Assembly (NCBI GenBank): GCA_051294375.1
Contig: CM119269.1
Coordinates: forward strand, 18,976,418-19,040,417
Reading direction: 5' to 3'
DNA from: Paraspadella gotoi
Taxonomy: Eukaryota > Animalia > Chaetognatha
DNA: 64,000 nucleotides
Of this stretch, positions 39,443 through 54,216 are shown one piece after another. A model generated the notes under the pieces. That model saw nothing but the letters and a program-made list of their open reading frames with translations. It was not told where the DNA came from and ran no database searches. Position numbers and translations under genes: made by a program. Position 1 is the stretch's first letter. Each line of letters starts with the position of its first letter.

Positions 39443-39753
39443 ATAGTAAAGAGGAAGGGAAAGCCAGTATATTAGTGTATTAAGAAAGGGAAAAACTGGT
39501 GGGAAAAAACTAGTGAATCAGTGAAAGAATATGCTTGTTGGATTGATGATGGATAGAAAAGAATCGTGTAAAGAAGGAGGTAAAATATGTTTAAAAAGAC
39601 GATGCGATGTGAGCAAGAAAAAAAAGCATGAAAAAAGGCGGAGGCTAAAGAGATTTTGACGAGTTATAAGCCAGTTTCAGTTTGAGAAACGAAAATGCCT
39701 TTTTTTTCATTTATTTTTTTTTCCAGATTTGTTGAATTTTACAAAATCTTTTG

Positions 39754-39819
<66 letters not shown>

Positions 39820-39912
39820 CTCTCTCTTTTCTCTTTTTACCAGAAGTAGCACCGAATGTTTACGGGGCAAAGTTAATGGAATCGTAATTGATCGAGTCTG
39901 AGAGGATTGGAG

Positions 39913-39946
<34 letters not shown>

Positions 39947-39963
39947 AGAGAGAGAAGAGAGAG

Positions 39964-40007
<44 letters not shown>

Positions 40008-42476
40008 AGTTATGAGTCGTAAGCCTGAAAGGTTCTGGTCTCTGACATCGAGTGCTGTCAATTGAGGGAAAGAGATTCTCTGTTGATTTGAGGAAACGTG
40101 GAAGACAGAAAACATCAGACAAAGAAACAATAAAGAAGACAAAAATAACAGAAGACAGAATGGCTTAGGAAAATGGTTTTTTATTTAGCTAAATTATTAT
40201 TATAAACTCATTGCTGCCTACTTATGTATGTACGTGTATATTACTTTTTTGCGGGGGGAAAATCTTGTATTTTCATTGTTATAATTGCTGTATTGTTTCT
40301 TACTCTTAAGAAAAGGATCGAATGAACGGAACTCAATACTCAAGTGTGGCCCAATTCGAATAATGTTTATTAGAAACTCTTCAGACAATTCAAAAAATTG
40401 ACCTCATAGGAAGGATTGGAAAGTCAAGCCGAACTCAGAACTAACTTTTTAAAAGTCGTTAAAAGTCAGAACGACTCGCACCTTGATGCGGCTCCAGGAT
40501 CATAAGTAATTTTAAAACCTTCCGCGCTCTGGGATGAGGTTTAATCATTGCCTCAATTTATTCTTATTTACTTTCAAACGGTTTTCAAACTAAAAAACAT
40601 TTGACTGTTCTGTTGTAAGAAAAGATGTACGTATAAATGAATTTTTGTTCGTAAATACTCTTGTACAATGAAATTTCATGATTTCGAAAGCTAAGATTTG
40701 TGCAAATGTTGAACCCCATTTCACACGAGTTTCGAAAATTAAAAGGTCAGGCCCAACAACGATATTTTCCGGACAAAACCTGTCAAACTTTGTCAGCGGG
40801 GTCGGCTCCGTTCGACGCTTTCTGTTTCTTGGCATTTTCTCTCCCGACATTTGCCAGTTTTGTCGTCGTTCCATTTGCCCAAAAAGTCATTGACTTTCCT
40901 CTTGCAATGGATCTCGAGAGGCAATGGCCGATATACGCAATAGGGTGGAGTGATGAAAAGATTGAGTGATTGAACATTATTTTATTGCTGCCTATGGATA
41001 TATAATTAATGAATTTTAAATCCTTTTAAAATTTTTTTTAGCATAACAGTATAGCAAATTCAATTATTTATGTAGTAATATCCTTATAAAATCGTCAAAT
41101 TTCAAAATATTTATTTTTTATTTTTAAAAACTGATTTGGATTCGCTGTAAAAAACTAAGAAACTTATATAAAATATGTTATATGATATTTTAATGTTTAG
41201 ATCACAAAAAACGACTAAAACGTTTTAACATATATAAGTTTCTACTACAGAGAATAAAAAAGTCAGGAATTTTTACCTTTTTTCTTATTTTAAACATTGA
41301 AGATGACATAATTTTTGATAACATGTTTTATATTTTTGATTCAACTTTTTATGAAGAATCTGAATCTTTATTAAAAGTTTTATAAAAATTATTTTTAAAA
41401 TTTACTATTTTATAAGGATATTATTACAAATATATTATATTTTACTATTCTGTTCCCGAGATAATATGAACAAAATATTTTTTGTACTAGTTAATCATAC
41501 TATCTCACATCTAAATATCATTGTTCGATCATTCAAATAATTTTTTTGTTCTTGAGTGCTCCACTCTAATACGCAATCTCTGGCTTTATGTTGATGAATT
41601 TTTTTTTTCCCTTTTTAATCTTTGACGCGAAATTGTCGAAGAATTTTTAACCTCTTGCTCGAGGTTAATGGAGAATCTTTGGCTCAAGATTCTCTTTAAG
41701 CCGGATAATGCTGTTCTTAAAAGTTTTTGGCTCAAGCTTGATCTATAATTTTCTGAGTGAAGATCGAAGCTGAATTTTTACTAAATTACAAAAATGTAAA
41801 TATTAAAATTCCTAGATTTAAATTATTTGAAATAAACTTGCGTTCATCAGTCTCAAATTTTATTTAGAATTTTCTTACTGAAAATTATATCTCTACTTGG
41901 TGGCAGCGGTGAGATTTTCACCCACATCACCTCAACTACTTACTGTTTTGCACTTCAAAAAATTGTCATTAACTTATCTTGGTATACATTTACCTCAAAG
42001 AATTTGCGAAAATGAATTCCCACCTCGAAAAATTCCCATTACTTTTCAGACTCCCGACATTCATAAAACCACGTCACTTACAGACTCTAAAGGTTTTTTT
42101 TTTTCACCTACCCCTTTCAAGTTGACATTTTTATCAGCAATTTGTCGCACGCAATTTATCATTGCCATTTTTTTCATTCGCCATTTGTCATTTTCCATTG
42201 GCCATATCGTGATTCTCGATGGCTAAATTCTGAGTCGTCGCTGTAGTCGTCGTTTGTCGTCGTCATCGACGTCGTCGTTGTCGTCGTCATCGTTTTACAC
42301 TTAGGTAGAGCAGACCAATGGCTGCTCGTGACCAAGGAAAACGACAACCGCGACGACGACCACGAGGACGACAATAACGTCGACAGCGACGACTCATTTC
42401 CGGTCACGTGTTCGACTGAACATGTCACATGTCGGAGTTTTCCTTTTCCTGTTGTCCGTGAGTCGACGAGAGAGAT

Positions 42477-42548
<72 letters not shown>

Positions 42549-42971
42549 AGGGTGAACATGCCCTAACGAAAGACAATGACAATGACAATGACCATAGCTG
42601 TATGGTAGGAGGACCCAGTTGTTTTTTTCTTAACAGCTGCCTCTGAATTAATTAGAAAAATAAGAGAAAGTTTATATGGATGTTACGCTCAGATAGCTGT
42701 AAATTTATTTTCATGTGACAATTATTATAACGTTATTTTGAATGAGGCCCCGTTTGATTCTCCAAAGATATTAATTAGTTAGTCACTTTTAGTAGTCAGT
42801 TTAGTGATTAATCTTTCACGAATGATTCTTTTTTTATTTTTTTTTACTTCTTAGAATTCTTATCCTTTATACACAAAAGTTTTTTTGGAATTAAAATAAC
42901 TGTTTTTTTACTTTTTTTATGAGAGAGTTTTTATTAGATAGTTAAAAATTAATAAAAAAATGTAACCGTTT

Positions 42972-43093
<122 letters not shown>

Positions 43094-43796
43094 CGTGACT
43101 CCCCGACGCCATAATCCAATTAGAAAGACGGGCGCGTAACGCGAGGCTGAGGCGCCGGCGGAAGTAATGGGATGAGGATGGGCGGGGGGATGAGTTTGCA
43201 CTGGGTGCTGTATGTACTATGTAGACTGTATCACATTGAGAAAATATTTTGCGTAATATCTTGAAGAAGAGAAATTGCAATTTTTTTTTTCGAGACTAAG
43301 AAGATCAATTTTATGATACACGCCCTTACGAGATACTTTTTAATTAAATCATAGCTGCTTATGTTATGTTATGTTAGCTTAGTTTTAATTCGTCATTGAA
43401 TAGAATGGTTTTTCAATAATATTTGTTTATTGGCAAACATTAGCGGCTGCGCTCTTATCTTTGTGGTCTTGGATCGTCTCATGTGTTTAATACATAAACT
43501 TGTCCGTTCATCTTGTCCGTCCGATCGAAAATTCATTTTGGTTCGTTCGTCAATATTAAGCTAACAATTTATCATTTTGTCATTGATTATTTCTATTAAT
43601 TTCTCTTTGTGCTTTTTAAGCTTGAGCAGTATTATTTTTTCAAAAATCGCAGATCAAAACCGAACTGAAAAAAGAAACGAAGAAGAAAAAGCAAAAAAAA
43701 AAAAAAAAAGAAAAATATAATTTTTTTCAGCTCTGCGTCTAATGAGAATTATTGAGATTTTTTAGGTAATTATTCAAGAAACAATTGAAAATATAT

Positions 43797-43906
43797 GACT
43801 TAAGACAACTCATGATGAAGGCTCGTATTGTGAGCCGAAACATGTCTGCTCTTGTAAAATAAAATTCGTTGCAAAAATAAAATCAAACTTTGTTAGACTT
43901 AAGACA
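43797..43906 (+). mobile_element. 88-nt insert with a Penelope-like minimal hammerhead motif and AATAAA signals, flanked by the 11-bp direct repeat GACTTAAGACA
   Basis: aTGATGA-A-GGCTC(GTATTGT)GAGCC-GAA-ACATGT-C at 43812-43846, then two AATAAA; direct repeats at 43797-43807 and 43896-43906. C3 of the core and helix I are degenerate. Confidence 0.55.
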
Positions 43907-44414
43907 CAAAAAAAAAGGAAAAAAAGGAAAAAAAAAACAAAGCAAAACATGAATAATGGCGACGACTCAACAATTTCTCACTTTCAAGGTGAACGAGACG
44001 AAATTCTTTCATCGACTAATCTTCGCTCTTCTCTCTCTTTTTCCTTTCTCTCTTTCTCTCTCTCTATCACTCTCTCTCTCTTTCACTTTCTTCTTCTCTC
44101 TCTTTTTCTCTCTCTCTCTTTAATTCCCTCTCACTTCCTCTCTCTTTCTCTATATCTTTCTTTCGCTCCCTCTCTTTCTTTCTCTTTCTCTCTCTCTCTC
44201 TTACTCCCTTTCTTTATCTCTCTTTCTATCTTTTTCATTTTCTTTGTGTATCTATCTATCTCTTTTTCTCTCTTTCTTTTTCATTTCTTTGTCTCTTTTT
44301 TCTCTCTATCTTTATTTCTTTTTCTCCTTTCTTTTCTTCAGAACGTCCGGAGTACTGCGACTACAATGCGTAAAAAATTCTACTAGTTCTACATTTTAAT
44401 TTTATTCCTTTTTT

Positions 44415-44502
<88 letters not shown>

Positions 44503-45515
44503 TCTTTTTCTTCTAAAAAAAATAATAAAATATTTTCTCATTCACTCTTTCGCGCGTTCACCGCGTGGACCTGGGCCACTGTCTCCAAGGACGGACGACA
44601 TGAGGAAGAAAAAAGCGAAATTGAAGAAAGAACAAAAAAAAAAACAAAAAAAAAAAAAACGGAAAAAAGAAGAGAGAAAAAAGTGTAAAGAATATTTAAT
44701 ACTTTCAAAATATTAAAATTGAAACTAAATGTATTTGACAAAAGAGAGAAAGAAAAGAAGGAAAAAGGAAAGAGTAGTTCCTTTATGTGTTCGACCAAAG
44801 AGAGGAAGAAAGTAAAGAAAAAGGAAAGAGAAGTTCTTTAGTATGTGTTTGTAAAGTAGATAGGAAATGCAGAAAAGTAGTGACGAAGTGCGCGGAAAGA
44901 GAAAGAAAGAAGATAGGAATAGACATGGGAATTCAGCGAAGAATACAAAGAGGAAGGATAAGAGGACAAAGAGTCGGGAGGCTTCACCTAGGAAAAGCAT
45001 CATGGGAAATCTTAAACCGCTTCACTTCTTTTCTTCTTGAAAGTGAAAATCTCCCTCTCTCCCTCTCTGTCTCTTTCTCTTCTTCTTTCTTTCTTTCTCT
45101 ATTTTTTTTTCATATTACTTTCATGTAATACAATTAGTTTTGTCTTTCAAAAATTTACATGTTGACTCAGGAATTTCAACTTTTTTCGGTTAAGATGTAA
45201 AAAGAATAAAATAAAAATCGAAGCTACGTAAAAGTTTTACCTATTTTTAATAAATGTTTTAGAATTTATAAAGCTAACGTCGTCCCTCCAATTTCCTCCT
45301 CGCAGAACCAGGCTCGCTCCGCCTGACCTTTTTACAACTCCTTCCTTGTTTTACTTTTTCTCTTTTTTTTTCTTACATCTTTTTGTTTTCTAACTAAAGA
45401 AAGATTCGAGTTCGAATCCAATTTACTTTTTTGTCCCAAGTAGATTTCTTTTTCTTTTTCAATGAAGGAACGTTTCAATCAAAACTTTACCTGGTCTACC
45501 TTATTGAGAGAGAGA

Positions 45516-45546
<31 letters not shown>

Positions 45547-45652
45547 GGCGGAATGTTCGTGTGCCCGCCGGAATCGTGAGGAGAAAGTGGCTGAGGATGG
45601 TGATGGAGACAAGGAAGAGAGACGGGAGGAGAGAGAAGAGAGAGAGAGAGAC

Positions 45653-45709
<57 letters not shown>

Positions 45710-45860
45710 AACGCTGAATTTGGAATTTTCCTGTTGCTTCCATTAACCGAGTCGTGAAAACACGAATGCAGGAGTTTTTGAAAGAAAATCGAACCAAAGC
45801 GAAAAAGAACAAAAAAACAGAGAGAGAAAAAGAGAAGAGAGAGAGCGAGAGAGATAGAAG

Positions 45861-45909
<49 letters not shown>

Positions 45910-46983
45910 AGAGAGGAGAGAGAGAGAGAGGGAGAGAGAGAGAAAGAGAGAGAGAAAATTAATAAGAAATCTAATCCGGAGAAAGCCAACCAAAAAAAAA
46001 AAAAAGATTGGGTGATCGTTGTAAAATATTAATTTTCTCGAATTAAATCCTGTTGACTTCTTCATTTTTTCGCTTTGCTCTTCTCGTTTCTTTTTATGTG
46101 CTGACTCCTTTCTCAGCCATGTTATTTCTCCTTTCTATTCTTTTCTCTTTTTCTACTTTTTCCCCCACCATTTCTCTTTTCTTTCGATGTCAACTCTGAC
46201 TCAACACTTACTCTGCTCCTCTCCTCGCCACTTTTCCTCAACTCACATCTCTCGTTTGCGTGTGGCTTATAAATCCATTGACGGTGGCGGGAAATAAAAT
46301 GTAATGATAGATGAGATAATTGAATAGAATAAACTAAACCACATTCAAATCAAAATAAAAACTCGTAAAGAAAAGTAGTCAAGAAAAAAAATAACGAATA
46401 CAAAAAAAAAAACAAAAACCGAGGCCATAATAAAATGAAGTAATGAAAACGTGGATATAATTAAAATGAAGCTAAAAAAATAACAATAAAGCGAAGGAAA
46501 GTAAAATGAAGCGAAAGAAAATAAAATGAAACGGAGAAAAATAAAATGAAGCGAAAGAAAATAAAATTCATTCGACGGAAAAATATCCGGGATTAACGAT
46601 TCCTCAGTCGCCGTCGATGGAAACGCCTTCCTCGGAATTGGGGGTAATTGTTTCAACACCGAAACATTCTCTCCTCTTCGCTCTCTCTTCTCTCTCTCTC
46701 TCTCCTTTCTTCTTCTCTTCTCATCGCTCTTCTCATCTTCGTATCTCGTCCTCTCTCTCTCTCTCATCTTCATCTCATCTCTCTTTATTTTCTCTACTTT
46801 ATTTTCCACTTTCGCCTCCTTCTTTCCTCCTTTCCTCTCCGTCTTTCTTATTCTCTCACCTCTCCCCTCGCCTCCTAAAGCGGGTCGCATTCGGGAAATT
46901 CTGTTCTCACCTTCCCACTTACTCTATCCTTCTTTGAAGTGGCGCGCATTTGCAAGTCCGGGTTCAGGATATTTTAGTCATCG

Positions 46984-47069
<86 letters not shown>

Positions 47070-50000
47070 GAAGTAAAGGAAATATGAGGTAATATGGTGT
47101 CGGTAGTCTTTACTCGTGAGTGTTGCTTCTTCTTATCCTAACCAGGGACGAAAGGGTCGGTCACTNNNNNNNNNNNNNNNNNNNNNNNNNAAAAGAGGAG
47201 GAGTAACGGTATATTTTAAGTTGTAGAGTGTATAGTGCCGCGGATGGGGGGTGGTATAGGGGTCTGCTAACGGTCGCTGGGCCGAGGAGAGTGTTTGAGG
47301 CGAGAGGTCTGATGGGCTTGGGTGCGGACTGATGCGGAGTGGATGTGTAGTCAAGGAACGTGAGGTGGTAAAGGACTATCCTTATAAAAATTGGAAAAAT
47401 TTCAAAAATAGGGCTTTTTCTTAAATTTTTGATTGCAGAATTTGAATATCCTCGTCTAAAACAGTTGATAAATAGAAAAAGTATAATATTCATTTTTAAA
47501 AAATTCTTTCATTAAGTAGGTTAAGAAATTCAAAAACTATATTTTAATATTGATCTGAACGTCTGTGTTGAAATTGACTTCAGTTTAAAAATATGCTTTT
47601 TTTTAATTTTTGGACGCCTTAATTGAAAGGAATATTTATCGAAAAAAGGAGGTTATATTTCTTTTTATCAACTTTTTATGATCGAATCCATCTGCCAAAA
47701 ATCTTAGATAAAACTGGTTTTGAAATTTGTAACATTTTTTGGTTTAGTAGCGAGTATAATATGGCCTACTGATAAAGATTGTAATTTATTATAAATTTTT
47801 TTAATACATAATGTTCATAAGTATGAATGTTGTTCACGTTCGGCTCACTTTTAGAATTTTAATTAAAGTTAAACATTAGGAATTTAACTACGCCTTACTA
47901 CCAGTTGCCTTAAAACCTCTCACTGGTTTTGACTGCAATTCTATATGTGCGTTTTCATTAAAGTATTATTTTACTTTAAAACAATGTTTGTTATAATAAT
48001 TACTAAATACTGAATACTTTAATTGGTTTTTATTTTAAATGATGCAAGTTGAAAAATTATGCAAGGCAAAAATAATTTGTTTTGATTTATAAAATAAAAT
48101 TAAGTACGAAAATATTAATTAGGTACCTGCGCACATAACAGTTCAGTTTAATCCTTGAAAGCGATTTACATGTATTGCGCGCAATCGCGCCACTGGTTCT
48201 ATCTGTTAAAGTCTTTCGGATCTCGGACAAAGCAAGTGAATGTTAACGAATGAGAATAGTTACACGGCGAGTGACATCCTCGTCAGACATCACCAGAAGA
48301 AACCGATTAACAGTTTTTAAATCTTTTTATAAAACAAACGAATATAGGATCTTCCAGCAATGGATATGGATTGGAAGGTAGGTAAGAGCGGGCCACAGCC
48401 CCAGAACAAGGCCGCTTAGCCGAGAGTTAATCAGCAAGCTTTCGCGAGCGTGGAAATCAGAAACCAAGCAGCATGCGGACGCGAGACGGTCGAGCTGAGC
48501 GGTTGACGCGGCTCCGCGGATGTTGTCCAGATGTTAAAATTCCACCTGAAAAGAAAAAAAAGAGTTGGAATAGGAAAATGAATGGAAGGGAAATTTAGAA
48601 GGAAGAGGGGGGGGGGATTTAAAATGGCAGTCGATTGGAAAACGGGGATGAAATTTAGGAGGGTGGAATTGACAGTGGAGTCTGGGGAATTAAGATGGGA
48701 AAGTCGGATGGAAGAGACTTATAATTTGGTGGCGGGAGAGATGACTGGAAATGTGTAAGTTAACAAGGAAACGGTGAGAGAGAAGAAATAGGAAAAAGAT
48801 CCGGTGTTAAAAGATTATGAAAAATTGCAAAATTACTTGTTTCACTATTGTTAAAGTTTTAGATTTTTAAATATTCATATAAAATTATAGCATTACAAAT
48901 TCTATATTTTTTATTTTTGTATCATGTTATTATTATGTTATTAAATTTTGGTTTTAGATAATCTAAATCTGAAAAAAAATATTAGGGAGAGGGCTGTAGT
49001 GATTGTCTTCTGGAAATGAGAGAGAGCATCTATACAATACAAGGTTTTTACTTCCTGCCACTAGTTTTCTAAATAGATATCACACATATGTAAAGAGGAA
49101 GGCAAAGCCAGTATATTAGTGTATTAAGAAAGGGAAAAAACTGGTGGAAAAAACTGAAAGTGAATCAGTGAAAGAATATGCGTGTTGGATTGGATGAATG
49201 GTAGAAAAGAATCGTGTAAAGAAGGAGGTAAAATATGTTTAAAAAGACGATGCGAATGTTGAGCAAGAAAAAAAGCATCGAAAAAGAGGCGGAGGCTAAA
49301 GAGAATTTTGGACGAGTTAATAAAGCCAGTTTCAGTTTGAGAAACGAAAATGCCTTTTTTTTTCCATTTAATTTTTGTTTTTCCAGATTTGTTGAATTTT
49401 ACAAAAATCCTTTTGAAAACTCTCTCGTCTCATCTCTCTCTCTCTCTCTCTCTCTCATCTCAGTCTGCTTCAGTCTCTCTTCTCTTACTCTCTCATCTTT
49501 TCTCTCTTTTCTACCAGAAGTAGCACCGAATGTTTTACGGGGCAAAGTTATGGAATCCGGTAATTGGATCGAGTCTGAGGATTGGGAGGAGAAAGAGGAG
49601 AGAGAGAGAGAGAGAGAAGAGAGACGAGAGAGAGAGAGAGGTAGAGAGAGAGAGAGAGGAAGAGAGAGATTGAGTTATGAGTCGTATAGCCTGAAGGTTC
49701 TGGTCTGCTGACATCGAGTGCTGATCAATTGAGGGATAAAGAGATCTCTCTGTTGATTTGAGGAAACGTGGCAAAGAGGACAGAAACATAGACAAAGAAA
49801 CAATAAAGAAGACAAAAATAACAGAAGACAGAATGCTTGAAGGAAGATGTTTTTTATTTAGCTAAATTAATTATTAAATCAAACTCATTGCTGCCTTACT
49901 TATGGTATGTACGTGTATATTACCTTTTTTGCGGGGCGCATTGAAATCTTGGTATTTTCAGTTGTTTATAATTGCTGGTATTGTTTCTTACTCTTAAGAA

Positions 50001-52250
50001 AGGATCGAATGAACGGAATCTCACGAATATCGTCAAGTGTGGTCCGACAATTCGAATAATGTTTTATTAGAACTCTTCAGACAATTACAAAAAATTGACC
50101 TCAATAGGAAGGATGGAAAGTTCAGCCGAATCAGGAACTAACTTTTTAAAAGTCGTTAAAAGTCAGAACGACTCGCACGCTTGATGCCGGCATCCAGGAT
50201 CATATGAGTAATTTTAAAACACTTCCGCGCTCTGGATGAGTTTAATCATTGCCTCCAATTTATTCTTATTTACTTTCAAAACGGTTTTCAAACTAAAAAA
50301 CATTTGACTTTCCTGTTGTAAGAAAAGAGATGTAACGTATAACATGAATTTTTGTTCGTAAATACTCTTGTACGAATGAAATTTCATGGATTTCGAAAGC
50401 TAAGAGTTTGTGCAAATGTTGAACCCGCCATTTCACACGAGTTTCGAAAATTAAAAAAGGTCAGGCCCAACAACGATATTTGTCCGGAGGCAAAACCTGT
50501 CAAACTTTGTCAGGCGGGGTCGGCTCCGTTCGGAGCGCTTTCTGTTTCCTTGGCATTTTCTCTGCCCGACATTTGCCGTTTTGTCGTCGTTTCCATTTGC
50601 CCAAAAGTCATTGACTTTCTCTTGCAATGGATCTCGAGAGGCACATGCCGATATAGCGCAATAGGGTGGAGTGGATGAAAAGATTGAGTGATTGAACATT
50701 ATTTTATTGCTGCTATGGATATATAATAATGAATTTTAAATCCTTTTAAAATTTTTTTTTAGCATAACAGTAATAGCAAATTCAATTATTTATTGTGAGT
50801 AATCCTTATAAAATCGTCAAATTTCAAAATATTTATTTGTTTATTTTTAAAACCTGATTTGGATTCGCTGTAAAAAACTAAGAAAACTGTATATAGAAAT
50901 ATGTTATATGATATATTTAATGTTATTAGATCACAAAAAAGCGACTAAAAACGTTTTAACATATATTAAAGTTTCCCACTACAGAGAATAAAAAAGTCAG
51001 AGAATTTTTTACCTTTTTTCTTATTTAAAACATTGAAGATGACATAATTTTTGATACATGTTTTATCATTTTTGATACTCAACTTTTTTATGAAGAATCT
51101 GAACTTTATTAAAAGTTTTTATAAAATTATTTTTAAAATTTACTATTTTATAAGGATATTATTACAAATGATATTATATTTTACTATTCTGTTCCCGAAT
51201 AATAATGAACAAAAAATATTTTTTGTACTAGTTAATCATACTATCTCACATCTAAAATATCATTGTTCGATCATTCAAATAATTTTTTGTTCTTGAGTGC
51301 TCCACTCTAATACGCAATCTCTGGCTTTATGTTGATGAATTTTTTTTTTCCCTTTTAATCTTTGACGCGGGAAATTGTCGAAGAATTTTTAGACCTCTGC
51401 TCGAGGTTAATGGAGAATCTTTGGCTCAAGATTCTCTTTAAGCCGGATAATGCTGTTCTTAAAAGTGTTTTGGCTCAAGGCTTGATCTATAATTTTCCTG
51501 AGTGAATGATCGAAGGCTGATTTTTACTAAATAATTACAAAATGTAAATAATTAAAATTCCTAGATTTAAATTATTTGAAATAAACTTGCGTTCATCAGT
51601 CTCAAAATTTTATTTAGAATTTTCTTACTGAAAATTATATCTCTACTTGGTGGCAGCGGTGAGATTTTCACCCACATCACCTCAACTACTTACTGTTTTG
51701 CACTTCAAAAAATTGTCATTAACTTATCTTGGTATACATTTACCTCAAAGAATTGCGAAATGAATTCCCCCTCGAAAAATTCCCATTACTTTTCAGACTC
51801 CCGACATTCATAAAAACCACGTCACTTACAGAGACTCTAAAGGTTTTTTTTTTTCACCTACCCCTTTCAAGTTGACATTTTTATCAGCAATTTGTCGCAC
51901 GCAATTTATCATTGCCATTTTTTTCATTCGCCATTTGTCATTTTCCATTGGCCATATCGTGATTCTCGATGGCTAAATTCTGAGTCGTCGCTGTAGTCGT
52001 CGTTTGTCGTCGTCATCGACGTCGTCGTTGTCGTCGTCATCGTTTTACACTTAGGTGAGGCAGACCAATGGGCTGCTCGTGACCAAGGAAAACGACAACC
52101 GCGACGACGACCACGAGGACGACAATAACGTCGACAGCGACGACTCATTTCCGGTCACGTGTTCGACTGAACATGTCACATGTCGGAGTTTTCCTTTTCT
52201 GTTGTCCGTGAGTCGACGAGAGAGATAGAGAGAGAGAGAGAGAGAGAAGT

Positions 52251-52299
<49 letters not shown>

Positions 52300-52725
52300 G
52301 ACAGGGTGAACATGCCCAACGAAAGACAATGACAATGACAATGACCATAGCTGTATGGTAGCGAGGACCCAGTTGTTTTTTTCTTAACAGCTGCCTCTGA
52401 ATTAATTAGAAAAATAAGAGAAAGTTTATATGGATGTTACGCTCAGATAGCTGTAAATTTATTTTCATGTGACAATTATTATAACGGTTATTTTGAATGA
52501 GGCCCCGTTTGATTCTCCAAAGATATTAATTAGTTAGTCACTTTTAGTAGTCAGTTTAGTGATTAATCTTTCACGAATGATTCTTTTTTTATTTTTTTTT
52601 ACTTCTTAGAATTCTTATCCTTTATACACAAAGTTTTTTTGAATTAAAATAACTGTTTTTTTACTTTTTTATGAGAGAGTTTTTATTAGATAGTTAAAAA
52701 ATTAATAAAAAAAATGTAACCGTTT

Positions 52726-52806
<81 letters not shown>

Positions 52807-53518
52807 TCCACGTGACTCCCCGACGCCATATATCAATTTAGAAAGACGGGGCGCGTAACGCGAGGCTGAGGCGCCGGCGGAAGTAATGGATGAGGATGGG
52901 CGGGGGGATGAGTTTGCACTGGGTGCTGTATGTACTATGTAGACTGTATCACATTGAGAAAATATTTGCGTAATATCTTGAAGAAGAAGAAATTGCAATT
53001 TTTTTTTTCGAGACTAAAGAAGATCAATTTTATGATACACGCCCTTACGAGATACTTTTTAATTAAATCATAGCTGCTTATGTTATGTTATGTTAGCTTA
53101 GTTTTAATCGTCATTGAATAGAATGGTTTTTCAATAATATTTGTTTATTGGCAAACATTAGCGGCTGCGCTCTTATCTTTGTGGTCTTGGATCGTCTCAT
53201 GTGTTTAATACATTAAACTTGTCCGTTCATCTTGTCCGTCCGATCGAAAATTCATTTTGGTTCGTTCGTCAATATTAAGCTAAACAATTTATCATTTTGT
53301 CATTGATTATTTCTATTAATTTCTCTTTGTGCTTTTTAAGCTTGAGCAGTATTATTTTTTTCAAAAATCGCAGATCAAAACCGAAACTGAAAAAGAAACG
53401 AAGAAGAAAAAGCAAAAAAAAAAAAAAAAAAAGAAAAATATAATTTTTTCAGCTCTGCGTCTAATGAGAATTATTGAGATTTTTTAGTAATTATTCAAGA
53501 AACAATTGAAAAATATAT

Positions 53519-53628
53519 GACTTAAGACAACTCATGATGAAGGCTCGTATTGTGAGCCGAAACATGTCTGCTCTTGTAAAATAAAATTCGTTGCAAAAAT
53601 AAAATCAAACTTTGTTAGACTTAAGACA
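53519..53628 (+). mobile_element. Second copy of the hammerhead-like insert, inside the duplicated block
   Basis: Same sequence as 43797-43906; not an independent insertion. Confidence 0.5.
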
Positions 53629-54132
53629 CAAAAAAAAAGGAAAAAAAAAAAAAAAAAAACAAAACAATGAATAATGGCGACGACTCAACAATTTCTCACT
53701 TTCAAAGGTGAACGAGACGAAATTCTTTCATCGACTAATCTTCGCTCTTCTCTCTCTTTTTCCTTTCTCTCTTTCTCTCTCTCTATCACTCTCTCTCTCT
53801 TTCACTTTCTTCTTCTCTCTCTTTTTCTCTCTCTCTCTTTAATTCCCTCTCACTTCCTCTCTCTTTCTCTATATCTTTCTTTCGCTCCCTCTCTTTCTTC
53901 TCTTTCTCTCTCTCTCTCTTACTCCCTTTCTTTATCTCTCTTTCTATCTTTTTCATTTTCTTTGTGTATCTATCTATCTCTTTTTCTCTCTTTCTTTTCA
54001 TTTCTTTGTCTCTTTTTTCTCTCTATCTTTATTTCTTTTTCTCCTTTCTTTTCTTCAGAACGTCCGGAAGTACTGCGACTACAATGCGTAAAAAATTCTA
54101 CTAGTTCTACATTTTAATTTTATTCCTTTTTT

Positions 54133-54216
<84 letters not shown>

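Noticed and set aside
40590-40977. Overlapping 60-95 aa ORFs on both strands
   Set aside because: No recognisable domain, splice signals or preferred frame; looks like non-coding or TE-derived sequence.
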